Source: Clostridia bacterium (GTDB lineage Bacteria > Bacillota > Clostridia > Christensenellales > UBA1242). From it: a stretch of DNA of 64,000 nucleotides. Positions 1 through 11,170 of the stretch are shown piece after piece (within the stretch, counting starts at the first letter, position 1; the number at the start of each line of letters is the position of its first letter). Under the pieces are notes generated by a model. That model did no database searches. It was given only the letters and a program-made list of their open reading frames with translations, and was not told where the DNA came from. A program made the translations under genes and the position numbers. The stretch covers positions 54,531 to 118,530 of the forward strand of contig JAZSJH010000009.1 in assembly GCA_045534265.1 (NCBI GenBank), given 5' to 3'.

Positions 1-1
1 T

Positions 2-3000
2 TACTCAAACGGTAATATTGGTGGTTTTGTATATGCAAATACTGGTTATATCCAAAACTGCTACTCAAATATTTGCCTAAACGGTGACTATTCATTTGCG
101 GCAAATAGACACAATATCTCAAGCAATTCAACATTAACCGAATATGGTAACCTAAATGCTGGTGGATTTGCATTTAGTAATATGGATAAAGGTAGCATTA
201 ATACTTCTTATTCTATAAGCAAAATCAAATCTAGTATCAGTACTCACGGTCCATTTATTGGTGTTAATAGTTCTTCTGGTGACGTTCAAAACGGCGAAGA
301 AGCAATCGTTAACAAATGTTACTATTTGATTGAGAAAAATGAAGAAATTTATAACGAAAATGACCCAGCTTATGACATCTCTCAAATGAATGATGAGACT
401 ATGAGCGAAGAAGGTAGTGAAGGCGAATCTGAAGATGCAGTAAGTGTTGGTAATGAATTTATTATCAAAGATACATTTGCAGGCTTTAGCTTTGACAACG
501 AAAACTACTATGAAGGAATGCAATCTGGTGCAGTATGGGCTATGAAGACCCTTACTACAATTTCTCAAGATGGCGAATCTGGTCAAAACGATTATGGTTA
601 TCCAGAACTTATCTCTGCAAACAAAGTTGCCATTTCTGTTAGAGTTTTGAAACCAAATTCTGACACTATGGACGGAGATGCAGACTACTCATACATCTAT
701 GCTTTAGGTTATGAAAAAGGTTCTGATATTAACCCACAAATTATCACTTCTGCAAGTGATTACAACAAAGTATTTGAAAACATTCTTAACGTTACAGTTC
801 CATTTGAAAATGTAAACGTAAAATACACAGGAAACCTAAGACTTGTTAATAACATTGACTTCTCTGCATTGACTCCTGCTTCATCAAGCTTTGAATTTAC
901 TTCTCCTATTAATGGAAAGTCAGTATTTGATGGTAATAACCTTGCTATTTCAAATATTCTTCTTGGTGACGATTCTGAATCAAACACTGCATTTGGACTA
1001 TTCAAAGTTCTTAACGGTGTTGGTGTAAAGAACATAACTCTTACAATTAGAGCGGTTGATTCTACAAACGGTGTTGCTGTTGGTGGACTTGCTGGTATCG
1101 CTGTAGAAAGTGATATTAACAACATCAATATCGGTGCTGCTGTAGAAGGTGCGGAAGTTTCTGGTCAAAACTACGTAGGCGGACTTGCTGGTATTATCGT
1201 ATCTGGTGATGATTATAATCTTCACTATATCAACAATATCAACGTTAACGTATCTGTTCTTGCAAGCTATAACGGACTAAATAGCCAAAACATCATCAAA
1301 TCTGGTGAAATTTGGTCATTGATTATCCCACCTGCAAGAATTAACCCATATTCAAGCGACTACAACTTAAGATTACAATACTTAAAGAAAAACGTTTCAT
1401 ATGCTGGTGGTATTGCTGGTGCAATCGATCTAAAACAAGCATTCTTTAGTGATGGCGAAGACGCTGCAAGCGATAGCCTTGACAATGTTAATGCAAGAGC
1501 ATTGAGCGTTGCTCAACTAAAAACTTATATTATGTCTTCTGTAACTCTTCATTCTGATAATGCAACTAGCGTTGAAGCAGAATATGCTGGTGGATTATTT
1601 GGATTTGTTGGTGAAGAAACATTCATAAGAGAAGCTTCATTTGAAGCATACACAAAGAGTGAAGTTCACTATATTATGGGTGACGTTGCTGCTGGTGGTA
1701 TTACAGCTATTAACTATGGCTTTATCGACCAAACAGAAGTTACTTATGATAAAGACACTCAACAATCTCTAGATAAATACCTAGAAGATTTTGTTAAGGG
1801 AACAAACAACATTACTTGGGGTAACCAACATTTGTATACTGGTTCTCCAACATACTTGGGTGGTATTGCTGGTATCAATATCGGCGGTATGAAGAAAAAT
1901 ACAGGTACTATCCAAAACAGCTATAACAGAATTGACCTAATTAACGAAAGTTCAACAAGAATTGGTGGTATTGCTGGTGCAAGCCACGTAGGTGCTTTTG
2001 TTAACGTTTATACAACAGCTAATATTGTTGGTAACTTTGAAGAAGAAGTAAGTTACTTTGGTTCTATCGTAGGACAACTTTTGAATAACGAAAACAATAA
2101 GTATTATTCTGTATCTTTGGAAAGAGATAAAGAGCCTGCATACAACCTAGAATTTACAAACATTTCTGTTGCAACAATTTGGAATCCAGAATACTTTGAA
2201 TTATATGAAGCATATACCAATACTTATGGCATAGAAACATACGAAGTATATAGAACTGGTGAAATGAATAGTGACGTAAATGTTGACGAAGAAGGCAATG
2301 AAACTTTGGTTGAAGCACCAAACACTGCAACAATTGCAGGACAATTCAAACTAAGAAATGGTAAGAAGATTATCGAAAGAAAGGGTAGAATAGGTGCAGT
2401 ATATGGCGCTCCTACTTCTGCAGACGTATTGTATACATCTGATGATACTCATAAGTATAACCCATATCCATATTATGATTTCTATGTAGTTGAATTTAAT
2501 GGTGATAACGTAATTCTTCAAACAGAAATTTACGAAAACTTCTCTGCAGATGGCAAAGCAATTGATTTGTTCTGTGGTGTACAATCTATCAACAAAGCAG
2601 ACCCAACATTGTCAGCTGACGAAGTAGGTTGCTTGCATTACTATCTATCATATGATCCAGATACCGTTGCAAGTCATACTCTAAATAAAGCTGAAATGAA
2701 TGACCTATACACACTAGAAGTTGGTACAACATCTAATGCAAAAGAAAAAGCATTCTCTCAAAAATATTGGTCTTCTAGAATTTGGAACTTTGAAGAAACA
2801 GAAAGACTTATTTCTCTAAACTTTGGATATATTCCAAGCGTAGCAAGAATTTATACTGCTGACGACTTTATTAAAGAAATTCAAGATTCTCCTGGTTCTA
2901 AAAAATACTACTACATAATGAACGATATTGACTTTAGCAGTAAGTCAGCTCACGAAATTTATGTAGCATCAAACTTTAGAGGAACTATCGTTGGTGTAAA

Positions 3001-6000
3001 ACAATGGAACGAAGCTAAAACTTCTTCTAGATACCCAATTCTTTATAATATTAGATTGAGTGACGAATCAATGGCTGGTTCATTCAACTCAGAAAAGATT
3101 GCTATGTTCCACAATACAACAAACGCGTCTTTCTTCAATCTAAATATTGTAATTAGTGGTTGGAACGAATACTTCCCACAAGAAGGCGATACTGAAAGAG
3201 CACAATTTGTAAAGAGAACTTCTGTTCTTATTGCAAGTGCAAATACTACAACTGTAAACAATGTTCATATTGGTTATAGATTGAGTCACTTTACAAGCGG
3301 TTTCTTAACTGCTGGTAATGCAGGCGCAAGCTTTATCCATGATGCAACTGCTGGTGGAATTACTAATGAAGAATATCTAAATCTTGACCTTGGATATGAT
3401 TCTGATACAGATGGTGTTGGTCCAGATACAGATGAAAGCTTCAAAGGTATCAAAACTTACGGAACATATTATGGTGGTATTATCGCAGATGGACTATCAT
3501 CTAGTGTTAAGAACTGCTCATTTAATATTCCAGCCGAAGTAATTTATCAAAACGAATTGCTTCCAAGAGATACAGAACTATTTGCTGGTGGCATTTCTGG
3601 TAAAATACTTGGAACAATTGCACAAAGTTTTGTAACAAGAAACTTTGCTGTATATACAGAAGAGAAAACAACAAACGCTAGAAATATTTATGTTGGTGGT
3701 GTTGTTGGATATATCGCTGGTCTTGCAAATAATGTAGGATTTGGAAATCCTGAAGCAAACCTTAGTAGTTCATTTATCACAAACTGGAGAAATAGCTTTA
3801 GTGGTGAAAATCCAACTACCGATAGAGGTAATTTGGTTGTAAAACCTACAACTTCTAGTATTGTTACAGGTTCTAATGCTAGCGGTTATTTGATTGCTAC
3901 TAATGAAATTTATATTGGTGGTGTTGTTGGTCTTGCTACAGAAATTATTGACGCAACTGCAAGCCTAGATTCTAAAGTAGATTCTTTGTACAACTATAAT
4001 ACAAAGATTACTGTAGAAACAGAAGGTAAAGTAAACGTTGGTGGCGTAATTGGTAGAAATGACGTTCAAGCAACTTGGCTTCAATACAAGAATAAAACTC
4101 TAAACACTCTTGGTGTAGAAGTTAATGCAAATCACAACGTAGACTCAGTAAACGTTGGTGGTATTGTTGGTAATAATGCTAGTAACACTGTATTCTCTCA
4201 AGTTTATACAAATGTAAATACATTAGTTACTAAAAAACAATCTAACAATGCTATTGTATATGTTGGTGGTGTTGTTGGTCTTGCAACTCAAAACTTTACA
4301 TTTAATAGCGTTTTGAACGAAGCTTATGGACTTGAAGTAGACGCAAATACTGGAACATTCTATGTTGGTGGTATCCTTGGTGCATCTACAAGCAATGCTG
4401 CAACAAATATTAGACTTGACTATGTAATATCTACTGCATATATCCAAATGAAAGAAAATAGCGGTGTAAAAACCGTATATGTTGGTGGACTTATTGGTTA
4501 TGTTAAAAATAGCGGAATAACAATTGTAAATGCCGCATCTTTGGGTAATGTTTATATTGACAGGTCGACAGCAATATCTGCACTAAGAGCAGGGGGACTT
4601 GTAGGCGAAGCAAAAATGATAGATTTGGCTGAAAATGCTAATGGATTAGTTGTTGCAGCAAATGTAAACTATACTAATATCGGTAGCGCAGCATCATTTA
4701 AGATAGGACAAATTGCTGGTAATTTAACACAATCAAGTTTGAGCGAATATGATAAGATGTATTTTAGCGAAAACTTATTTGGGTTATATTTGAATGACTA
4801 TTACAAAAAGACTGCAACTGGTTCTTCTGATACAAACTTAAACATGGAAGATCTAGCAGCAAAATTTAGTTTTATATTTATTCAAAATACTGCGGGAGAC
4901 TTTGGTTCTTATTTACAAGAATTTAAGTCTGGAGCATCTCAAACTTATGCAAGCAAGCTTTCATCATTAATTATGTTTGATGATACTACAAAAACTTTTG
5001 TGGGTGTTTTAGGTAGTAAGTTGAATCCAAAAGAACTTACTAATGCAAATGTTTCAGAACTAGAAACAACAACTTATACTTACTATAAGATGAGTGCAGA
5101 TATCGATAAGACTTCTGGAAGAAATACTGAGATAAGTGATGTTAATATTTCTTCACCTATGGAGTCTTTAGGTAGAGGTAACTTTATTGATGCCAGAGGA
5201 CATTCTATTATTGTAAACACTAATACAACTTCAAAAGTTTCAACAAACTTCATATTTGAATCAATAGAAGAAGAAGCTTTTGTAGTAGGTCTATTGGTAG
5301 CTCAAGCAGATATGAATAACAATAACGGCAGATATGGTGCTATCGCTCAAACTAACCACGGAACTATTCTTGGTTGTGGTTCTGCAACAGTAGAAACAAA
5401 GAGTATTTATGGTAAACAAGTTGCAGGTATTGTTCATACAAATACTGGTAACGTAATTAACTGCTTTAGTATTGCAACAATCAAAGCACAAGCAAGCGGA
5501 CAAGCTGCTGGTCTTGTATTTAACAATAGCGGCAACATCATAACTTCTTACTATACTGGAAATTTAGAGCACTCTTCATCAAATAATAATTTAGGTGGTT
5601 TTGTATATAAAAATTCTGGTAATATTACAAACAGTTATACAATGGCTAACATAATTAATGCAGAACACGCAACTTTAACCGGTGCTTTGTATGTTGAAAA
5701 TGATTCTGGTTCACTTATAAATGTATATTACGATATTAATGCATATGTTGGAACTGCAGTATCATATTCAAGTCTTGGTAAAACTACTGCCGAACTTTCT
5801 AAACTAGGAGTTAGTGGTGAAGGTCCTACAATTGCGGGTAACTGGTTTATTTCTGACAATAACGACATGAAGAAATTGTATAAAAAAGCATATAATGATG
5901 GAGATGCAAATATTCATATCACATCAGCTTGGTTTAACTATAGTTATAGTGTTGCAAATGTTAATGGAAATATTCCAACAGTTAGTGGTATAAGAAGATT

Positions 6001-9000
6001 TATGCAAATGATTTATACCGGTAATGGTAAAAAGGCAGATGGAGGATACACTAACAACTTCTACAACGGTCCTTTCCGTATTACAAATGCAGGCATGATT
6101 GAGTCATACTTTATGACTGCTAATGGTCAAACTGCAGACAAAAAGAGTTATTATATTCTTCAAAATGATATTTCTTTCAAATCATATTCAGAGTGGTCAG
6201 AAACATGGAATAGAGCGACAGCTAGTCCAATCTTGTTTACTGGGGACTTTGATGGTAATGGAAAATTAATGCACACCATTGTTTCTTCTAAATATGGTAT
6301 ATTTAGAAATCTTGGTGCAGGTGCAAATATTTATAACTTTACAATCAGCAACATAAAATCTCAAACAGCCTTGATTGCTGGTGGTATGGATGCTGGTGCG
6401 ACAATTGATAACGTAACCATTTCTTCAAAAACTGGTACTACAAATCATAATATTTGTAGGGTGGATAATGAAGATGTGACAGAATTAAAGCTTTCTTCAG
6501 GAACTTCTGCAAGTAGTTATTTGTATAAAGATTTGAGTTTAGGCTCAATTGTTATTGCATATCAAAAAGGTGGAGAAATTAAGAGGGTAAATATTCAAGG
6601 CTCTATTGACATTTCTTCTTCTAGTTATGCTGGTGGTATTGTAGCATACGCTACAGGCGGAACAATTGATTTAAGCGGAACAAACGCAGAAAATTACAAT
6701 CCATTTACATCATGTAGTGTTGAAATAACATCTAATGTTGTTGGTGGTATGATTGGTCATTCTGAGATTGCTATTACAAATTATACTTTAAATAATAATA
6801 TAGAACTACTAGGTGCAAGAACCGCAGGTGGCTTTATCGGAGAAACAGATAAAAAATCTTTAATATACCTAAAGCTTAATAACAACGGTGTTGTTATGAA
6901 TACTAGCTCTTCAAGCCAAGGTGGTATTATTGGCGAGATAAAACAAAACCTTGAAACTGTTACATTAGATCAATGTACTAACAAATCAAGCCTAAATGCA
7001 GGTGCATACGCAGGTGGTCTTGTAGGTAAAGCAACTTACATTGAACTTAAAAACAGTATTAATACAGCGGGGGTTTCAATCTCTGCAGATTATGCAGGCG
7101 GTCTTGTAGGTTCAGCTCTAAATAGTATTGAACTAAAAGACAGTTCAATTGGGGAAATAAATAGTGGTGTAACCATAAGTGCGACAACTGCGGCTGGCGG
7201 TGTTGTAGGCTCTATGACAAATGGTGAAATTTCAGGAAAAACTACAAGCAGTCTTAAGAGCCTTGCATCAATAAATTGTGGCGAGCATAGTGGCAATATT
7301 GTAGGAACTATTACAACAACAGAAGATAGCTCAACACAAGTTGACAGTAGTTTGAAAAATGGTGTTTTAATAGCTTACGTAATTGCAGATATTTCTAACA
7401 TAAAGAGTACTGTTTATAATTCTTATACAAACTTTGGTGGTGTAGTAGGTTATGCAAAAGCACTTAATGCATCTTCTATTAAGATTAACAATATAAGTGT
7501 TATTGGAACTGTTGCTAGTTACGCATCTAACTTTGGTGGTGTAGTAGGTAGACTAGAAAGTTTTGTTATGATTGACACAATTGAAGTTGATATGACAGCG
7601 ACTATAGCTGTTTCAAATTCAAATAGTGGCGGTGTAGTTGGCTTTGTTGATAAATCAAATACATCTTACTACGTTGTGTCTGGAGTTGGACAAACTGGAA
7701 ATTATAGTGAAGTAACATTTGTTGTTAATGTTAGCACAACTAATATAAGAGTTGGCGGTGTAGTTGGCTACTCTACCGGTATGAAACTTCAAACATCATA
7801 TATTGTTGCAGATATTGCAAGTGCTAGTGGTGTGAATAGTTATGTCGGTGGTATTGTAGGCCATATGATAGATTCTAGTGTTGACAATGTAAAAGCATTA
7901 ATTTATGAAGTTTCTAACAAATCTATATCGACTGATAGTACAGCTCTTGTTGCATATGCCGGAGGTATCGTAGGTTATATGGAAACAAGTTCTTTAGAAA
8001 ATACAGAAACACTATTTGACGATGCTAATTATATTTCAGGAACATATGCTGGTGGAGCTGTTGGTGTTGCGGATGATTCTTCATTTGCAAATATCAACGT
8101 AGAAAACACAGATAGTGTTGCTGCATATATTTATGGTAGACTTTCAGGTGGTATTATTGGCTATGGTACCGATATTGAATTTGCTACAGGTAACTTTACT
8201 GTTAAGGGCGAAATTGAAATTCATTCAAATTATCTATATGGTTCAAATCCTAGCCATTTAGGTGGTATTGCTGGTGAAATTGAATTAAGCCAAGACATTA
8301 CATCTTTAACTAAATTTTCATCAACAGCTGATATCATAGGAAATACTTATACTTATGCGGGTGGAATTTTTGGATACTTTAAGGGTGGAAAAATTGAAGG
8401 TGTTGTTTCCTCTAAAAAGACAACAAACCTTATTGTTAATGGTAAAGTTAAGGGAACATCTATTGGATATTTAGTAGGTTATGCAGCTTCTATAGACTCT
8501 ACAAACCCTATTAATATTACAAATATTTCAATTCCATCAAACACAGTAACAGATACTATAAACTTTGCTTTAGAACCTTTGAATTCAGCAAGCGTAGGTG
8601 GTATTATAGGTACCGTGAAAGCAACAAGAGATAGTATAATTTCAAAATTCTCTAATTATAGAAATTATACATTTAATGCTGCTATTTGGCCTGAAATGTA
8701 TGTGTTTGGTACTATGATAGGATCTATTTATTCTCAAAGTTCTGCTACCGTTTCAATTACAGAGTTTATTAATGAGGGTAATATTTCAAAAGATACAGAT
8801 GTTACATCTTCATCTTTTGCAACTGTTGGTGGACTTATTGGTCTTGCAAGTGCAGATACAACGGCATATATTAATATTGATGGCTCTAGTGGCACTTCAA
8901 AACAAATTAAAAATATTGGAAGTATTAATGTTGATACTTCTAATGCTGGCGGTATCGTTGGTGAAGCGTATAATATTAATATTATAGATCCTGTAAGTAC

Positions 9001-11131
9001 GGGGGCAATAACAAATGGTGCCATGGGATTTGTTGGAGGTATTGTCTCATATGCTGGTGGTCCAGTAAGTATTACAACAACTAAAGCTCTAACTATTAGA
9101 AGTGGAGATATAGTAACAACTGGTGATTATGCTGGCGGAGTTATTGGATATGCTGGTGATACATACACAATTAAAGGTTATTCTAGTCCTGATAAGAGAA
9201 TTACAGTAACAGGAAAAATTACATCAGAATACAGTGCGGGTGGAATTGTTGGTTATACATATGTTGGAACCGGAACATCTTTAATAGAGAATGTTAATTG
9301 TTCAGCTAGTACTGCCGAGTTATCTGTAACTGCTTATAGGTCTGGTGGCGTTGTAGGCTATATAACAAATACTGATAAGTTAACTATAAAAAATGTTGAT
9401 CTAATTCAAAAAGTGTTTGTGTATGCAGATGAATCTGCAGGTGGTGTTGTAGGATATGTTTATTCAACCTTAGGTGTAACAATTGATACGGTTAAAGTTA
9501 GTGATGCAACAATATCTTTAATTGATACTTATTTGACTTGTGCTGGTGGTATAATTGGCGAAATGTCTGGTAGTGTAGCGACCATTACAAATTCTTCAGT
9601 AAAATCATCAAGAATAACTTCATCTTTCTATGCAGGAGGCCTTGTAGGTTACATATATGGTGGATATCTAAAAACTTATACATCTGTAACTTCTGATGAT
9701 AATGATATTACATCATATTATGCTGCTGGTGGAATTGCGGGATCTGTTTCTCTTATTACTAGCGACAATTCCTTTTCTGGAACATCATCAAAAAATAATA
9801 CTATAATTTCAGATATTTTTGCTGGCGGTATGTTTGGTGAGTGTTATTTGGGATCATATCAATATACAAACTTTGGTGTTACTATCGAAAGCAATACAAT
9901 GACAGCTCCATATGCTGGTGTTGTAATGGCTTCTCTTGAAGGCTGGAATTATGATTCTACAAAGATAACTATGTCTTCTACATCTATAAAGAGTAATGTT
10001 ATCGAGGGAGAATATCTTGGGGCAATTGCATATCTATATGATATTCATCTTTATAATTTGGATATAGATAATGGAAACACAACAACATATAAAGGTGCCG
10101 ATGCTTATTACATTGGTGGTATTGCTGGCTATGCAAATGAAGCTAGAGTAGATGATTGTGATAGCTATACAGCCGTTTCTGCTTCGTCAGATGCAGATTA
10201 CTGTAAGATCGGTGGAATTGTTGGTTACGCAGACGATAGTATAATTAAAGATTCATCACATGGTGGTGGAACTGTTAAACCTCGATCTACTTATAGTGCA
10301 AAATACTCTTATGCGGGTGGAATTGTTGGTTATAGCTCTGGCTATATTGAAATAAGAGATAGTGATAACACAGGTGCAGTATATGCTGGATATATTGCAG
10401 GTGGCATAATTGGCTATGTTTCTTCACCATCGTCAGGCTCTATTTTATATGATAGTGACAACTGGGAAGGTAGTGATATTAAAGTAAGCAACCAATCTGG
10501 TAGTAACCAAGAATTGTCTGTTGGAGGTATTGTTGGTACAACTTCTGGCGGCAGTATTACTTTAGATTATTGTCATAATTATTCTAATGTAACTGGATAC
10601 TACAGAAATACTGATTATCAGACTACAACATTCTATAGTAATGGCTCTGGAGCTTCTGGACAATTTAAATGGAATTTAACTCAAGATTCTTATAATAACC
10701 ATGGTTTAAGATGTTTTGTTGGTGGTATTATAGGATTCTTAGGTAGTTCGACATCAATATCATATACTCGCTGCTATGTTCAAGCATCAGACATTAGTGC
10801 TTATATTGACTACTCAACATCTTCTCTATACGCTGCTGGTATATGTCATGCAGATTATTATCATGACGGTACTATTGGTTGGGCTTGGGGATCTGTAACG
10901 GTAGATATTACTGTTTGGTCTGGCGCTATTGCTGGTTGCGGACAAGGTGCAAATATGGATGGCTGTACGTATGACTCAAGTGCACTAAATCCTAGAAGTA
11001 AACTTTCTGGTAAAGCTGGTCGTTATTATACTGATGCTTATCAAAAGTGGGATTGGGTATGGTACACCAAGAAAGAAGGAGCATATAAAGACACATTCTC
11101 ATCTATTATTAATTCTAGATATAGCAGTTAA
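2..11131 (+). CDS. Giant repeat protein, 5'-truncated by the window edge (3709 codons visible). GLUG-like GG[IVLF][IVA]G beta-helix repeats; putative surface adhesin.
   Basis: The frame of track ORF 182..11131 stays open back to nt 2 (YSNGNIGGFVYANTGYIQNCYSNICLNG...), and that stretch is itself a repeat unit. The ATG at 182 is therefore internal. There are dozens of units such as YAGGIVGY / VGGVVGL / AGGLVGS, each followed by I/V-x-N. Cap segments end in DGNG..I. The TAA stop is followed by a hairpin and T-run. Confidence 0.85.
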   Translation, partial: YSNGNIGGFVYANTGYIQNCYSNICLNGDYSFAANRHNISSNSTLTEYGNLNAGGFAFSNMDKGSINTSYSISKIKSSISTHGPFIGVNSSSGDVQNGEEAIVNKCYYLIEKNEEIYNENDPAYDISQMNDETMSEEGSEGESEDAVSVGNEFIIKDTFAGFSFDNENYYEGMQSGAVWAMKTLTTISQDGESGQNDYGYPELISANKVAISVRVLKPNSDTMDGDADYSYIYALGYEKGSDINPQIITSASDYNKVFENILNVTVPFENVNVKYTGNLRLVNNIDFSALTPASSSFEFTSPINGKSVFDGNNLAISNILLGDDSESNTAFGLFKVLNGVGVKNITLTIRAVDSTNGVAVGGLAGIAVESDINNINIGAAVEGAEVSGQNYVGGLAGIIVSGDDYNLHYINNINVNVSVLASYNGLNSQNIIKSGEIWSLIIPPARINPYSSDYNLRLQYLKKNVSYAGGIAGAIDLKQAFFSDGEDAASDSLDNVNARALSVAQLKTYIMSSVTLHSDNATSVEAEYAGGLFGFVGEETFIREASFEAYTKSEVHYIMGDVAAGGITAINYGFIDQTEVTYDKDTQQSLDKYLEDFVKGTNNITWGNQHLYTGSPTYLGGIAGINIGGMKKNTGTIQNSYNRIDLINESSTRIGGIAGASHVGAFVNVYTTANIVGNFEEEVSYFGSIVGQLLNNENNKYYSVSLERDKEPAYNLEFTNISVATIWNPEYFELYEAYTNTYGIETYEVYRTGEMNSDVNVDEEGNETLVEAPNTATIAGQFKLRNGKKIIERKGRIGAVYGAPTSADVLYTSDDTHKYNPYPYYDFYVVEFNGDNVILQTEIYENFSADGKAIDLFCGVQSINKADPTLSADEVGCLHYYLSYDPDTVASHTLNKAEMNDLYTLEVGTTSNAKEKAFSQKYWSSRIWNFEETERLISLNFGYIPSVARIYTADDFIKEIQDSPGSKKYYYIMNDIDFSSKSAHEIYVASNFRGTIVGVKQWNEAKTSSRYPILYNIRLSDESMAGSFNSEKIAMFHNTTNASFFNLNIVISGWNEYFPQEGDTERAQFVKRTSVLIASANTTTVNNVHIGYRLSHFTSGFLTAGNAGASFIHDATAGGITNEEYLNLDLGYDSDTDGVGPDTDESFKGIKTYGTYYGGIIADGLSSSVKNCSFNIPAEVIYQNELLPRDTELFAGGISGKILGTIAQSFVTRNFAVYTEEKTTNARNIYVGGVVGYIAGLANNVGFGNPEANLSSSFITNWRNSFSGENPTTDRGNLVVKPTTSSIVTGSNASGYLIATNEIYIGGVVGLATEIIDATASLDSKVDSLYNYNTKITVETEGKVNVGGVIGRNDVQATWLQYKNKTLNTLGVEVNANHNVDSVNVGGIVGNNASNTVFSQVYTNVNTLVTKKQSNNAIVYVGGVVGLATQNFTFNSVLNEAYGLEVDANTGTFYVGGILGASTSNAATNIRLDYVISTAYIQMKENSGVKTVYVGGLIGYVKNSGITIVNAASLGNVYIDRSTAISALRAGGLVGEAKMIDLAENANGLVVAANVNYTNIGSAASFKIGQIAGNLTQSSLSEYDKMYFSENLFGLYLNDYYKKTATGSSDTNLNMEDLAAKFSFIFIQNTAGDFGSYLQEFKSGASQTYASKLSSLIMFDDTTKTFVGVLGSKLNPKELTNANVSELETTTYTYYKMSADIDKTSGRNTEISDVNISSPMESLGRGNFIDARGHSIIVNTNTTSKVSTNFIFESIEEEAFVVGLLVAQADMNNNNGRYGAIAQTNHGTILGCGSATVETKSIYGKQVAGIVHTNTGNVINCFSIATIKAQASGQAAGLVFNNSGNIITSYYTGNLEHSSSNNNLGGFVYKNSGNITNSYTMANIINAEHATLTGALYVENDSGSLINVYYDINAYVGTAVSYSSLGKTTAELSKLGVSGEGPTIAGNWFISDNNDMKKLYKKAYNDGDANIHITSAWFNYSYSVANVNGNIPTVSGIRRFMQMIYTGNGKKADGGYTNNFYNGPFRITNAGMIESYFMTANGQTADKKSYYILQNDISFKSYSEWSETWNRATASPILFTGDFDGNGKLMHTIVSSKYGIFRNLGAGANIYNFTISNIKSQTALIAGGMDAGATIDNVTISSKTGTTNHNICRVDNEDVTELKLSSGTSASSYLYKDLSLGSIVIAYQKGGEIKRVNIQGSIDISSSSYAGGIVAYATGGTIDLSGTNAENYNPFTSCSVEITSNVVGGMIGHSEIAITNYTLNNNIELLGARTAGGFIGETDKKSLIYLKLNNNGVVMNTSSSSQGGIIGEIKQNLETVTLDQCTNKSSLNAGAYAGGLVGKATYIELKNSINTAGVSISADYAGGLVGSALNSIELKDSSIGEINSGVTISATTAAGGVVGSMTNGEISGKTTSSLKSLASINCGEHSGNIVGTITTTEDSSTQVDSSLKNGVLIAYVIADISNIKSTVYNSYTNFGGVVGYAKALNASSIKINNISVIGTVASYASNFGGVVGRLESFVMIDTIEVDMTATIAVSNSNSGGVVGFVDKSNTSYYVVSGVGQTGNYSEVTFVVNVSTTNIRVGGVVGYSTGMKLQTSYIVADIASASGVNSYVGGIVGHMIDSSVDNVKALIYEVSNKSISTDSTALVAYAGGIVGYMETSSLENTETLFDDANYISGTYAGGAVGVADDSSFANINVENTDSVAAYIYGRLSGGIIGYGTDIEFATGNFTVKGEIEIHSNYLYGSNPSHLGGIAGEIELSQDITSLTKFSSTADIIGNTYTYAGGIFGYFKGGKIEGVVSSKKTTNLIVNGKVKGTSIGYLVGYAASIDSTNPINITNISIPSNTVTDTINFALEPLNSASVGGIIGTVKATRDSIISKFSNYRNYTFNAAIWPEMYVFGTMIGSIYSQSSATVSITEFINEGNISKDTDVTSSSFATVGGLIGLASADTTAYINIDGSSGTSKQIKNIGSINVDTSNAGGIVGEAYNINIIDPVSTGAITNGAMGFVGGIVSYAGGPVSITTTKALTIRSGDIVTTGDYAGGVIGYAGDTYTIKGYSSPDKRITVTGKITSEYSAGGIVGYTYVGTGTSLIENVNCSASTAELSVTAYRSGGVVGYITNTDKLTIKNVDLIQKVFVYADESAGGVVGYVYSTLGVTIDTVKVSDATISLIDTYLTCAGGIIGEMSGSVATITNSSVKSSRITSSFYAGGLVGYIYGGYLKTYTSVTSDDNDITSYYAAGGIAGSVSLITSDNSFSGTSSKNNTIISDIFAGGMFGECYLGSYQYTNFGVTIESNTMTAPYAGVVMASLEGWNYDSTKITMSSTSIKSNVIEGEYLGAIAYLYDIHLYNLDIDNGNTTTYKGADAYYIGGIAGYANEARVDDCDSYTAVSASSDADYCKIGGIVGYADDSIIKDSSHGGGTVKPRSTYSAKYSYAGGIVGYSSGYIEIRDSDNTGAVYAGYIAGGIIGYVSSPSSGSILYDSDNWEGSDIKVSNQSGSNQELSVGGIVGTTSGGSITLDYCHNYSNVTGYYRNTDYQTTTFYSNGSGASGQFKWNLTQDSYNNHGLRCFVGGIIGFLGSSTSISYTRCYVQASDISAYIDYSTSSLYAAGICHADYYHDGTIGWAWGSVTVDITVWSGAIAGCGQGANMDGCTYDSSALNPRSKLSGKAGRYYTDAYQKWDWVWYTKKEGAYKDTFSSIINSRYSS

Positions 11132-11141
11132 TAAGCTAAAA

Positions 11142-11170
11142 AAAGAGGTAATTATTTACCTCTTTTTTTT
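11142..11170 (+). terminator. Intrinsic terminator of giant gene 1
   Basis: aaagaggtaa / ttat / ttacctcttt 10-bp stem followed by a T-run, about 10 nt after the stop codon. Confidence 0.8.

Noticed and set aside
152-1225. Minus-strand ORFs (152..586, 760..1128, 998..1225), and many similar antisense or out-of-frame ORFs inside the giant genes (e.g. 11829..12323, 15576..15794, 19452..19760, 24189..24449)
   Set aside because: They lie wholly inside long, strongly supported + strand CDSs. They have no RBS and show low-complexity translations that mirror the sense-strand repeats. These are typical shadow ORFs.
182-11131. Impression that codon usage shifts between the first ~4.5 kb and the rest of giant gene 1 (mosaic origin)
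   Set aside because: I spot-counted Leu codons in two 480-nt samples, 1021-1500 and 6781-7260. TTA made up 3 of 13 and 3 of 16 respectively, so there is no real difference. Proper codon statistics would be needed before making this claim.
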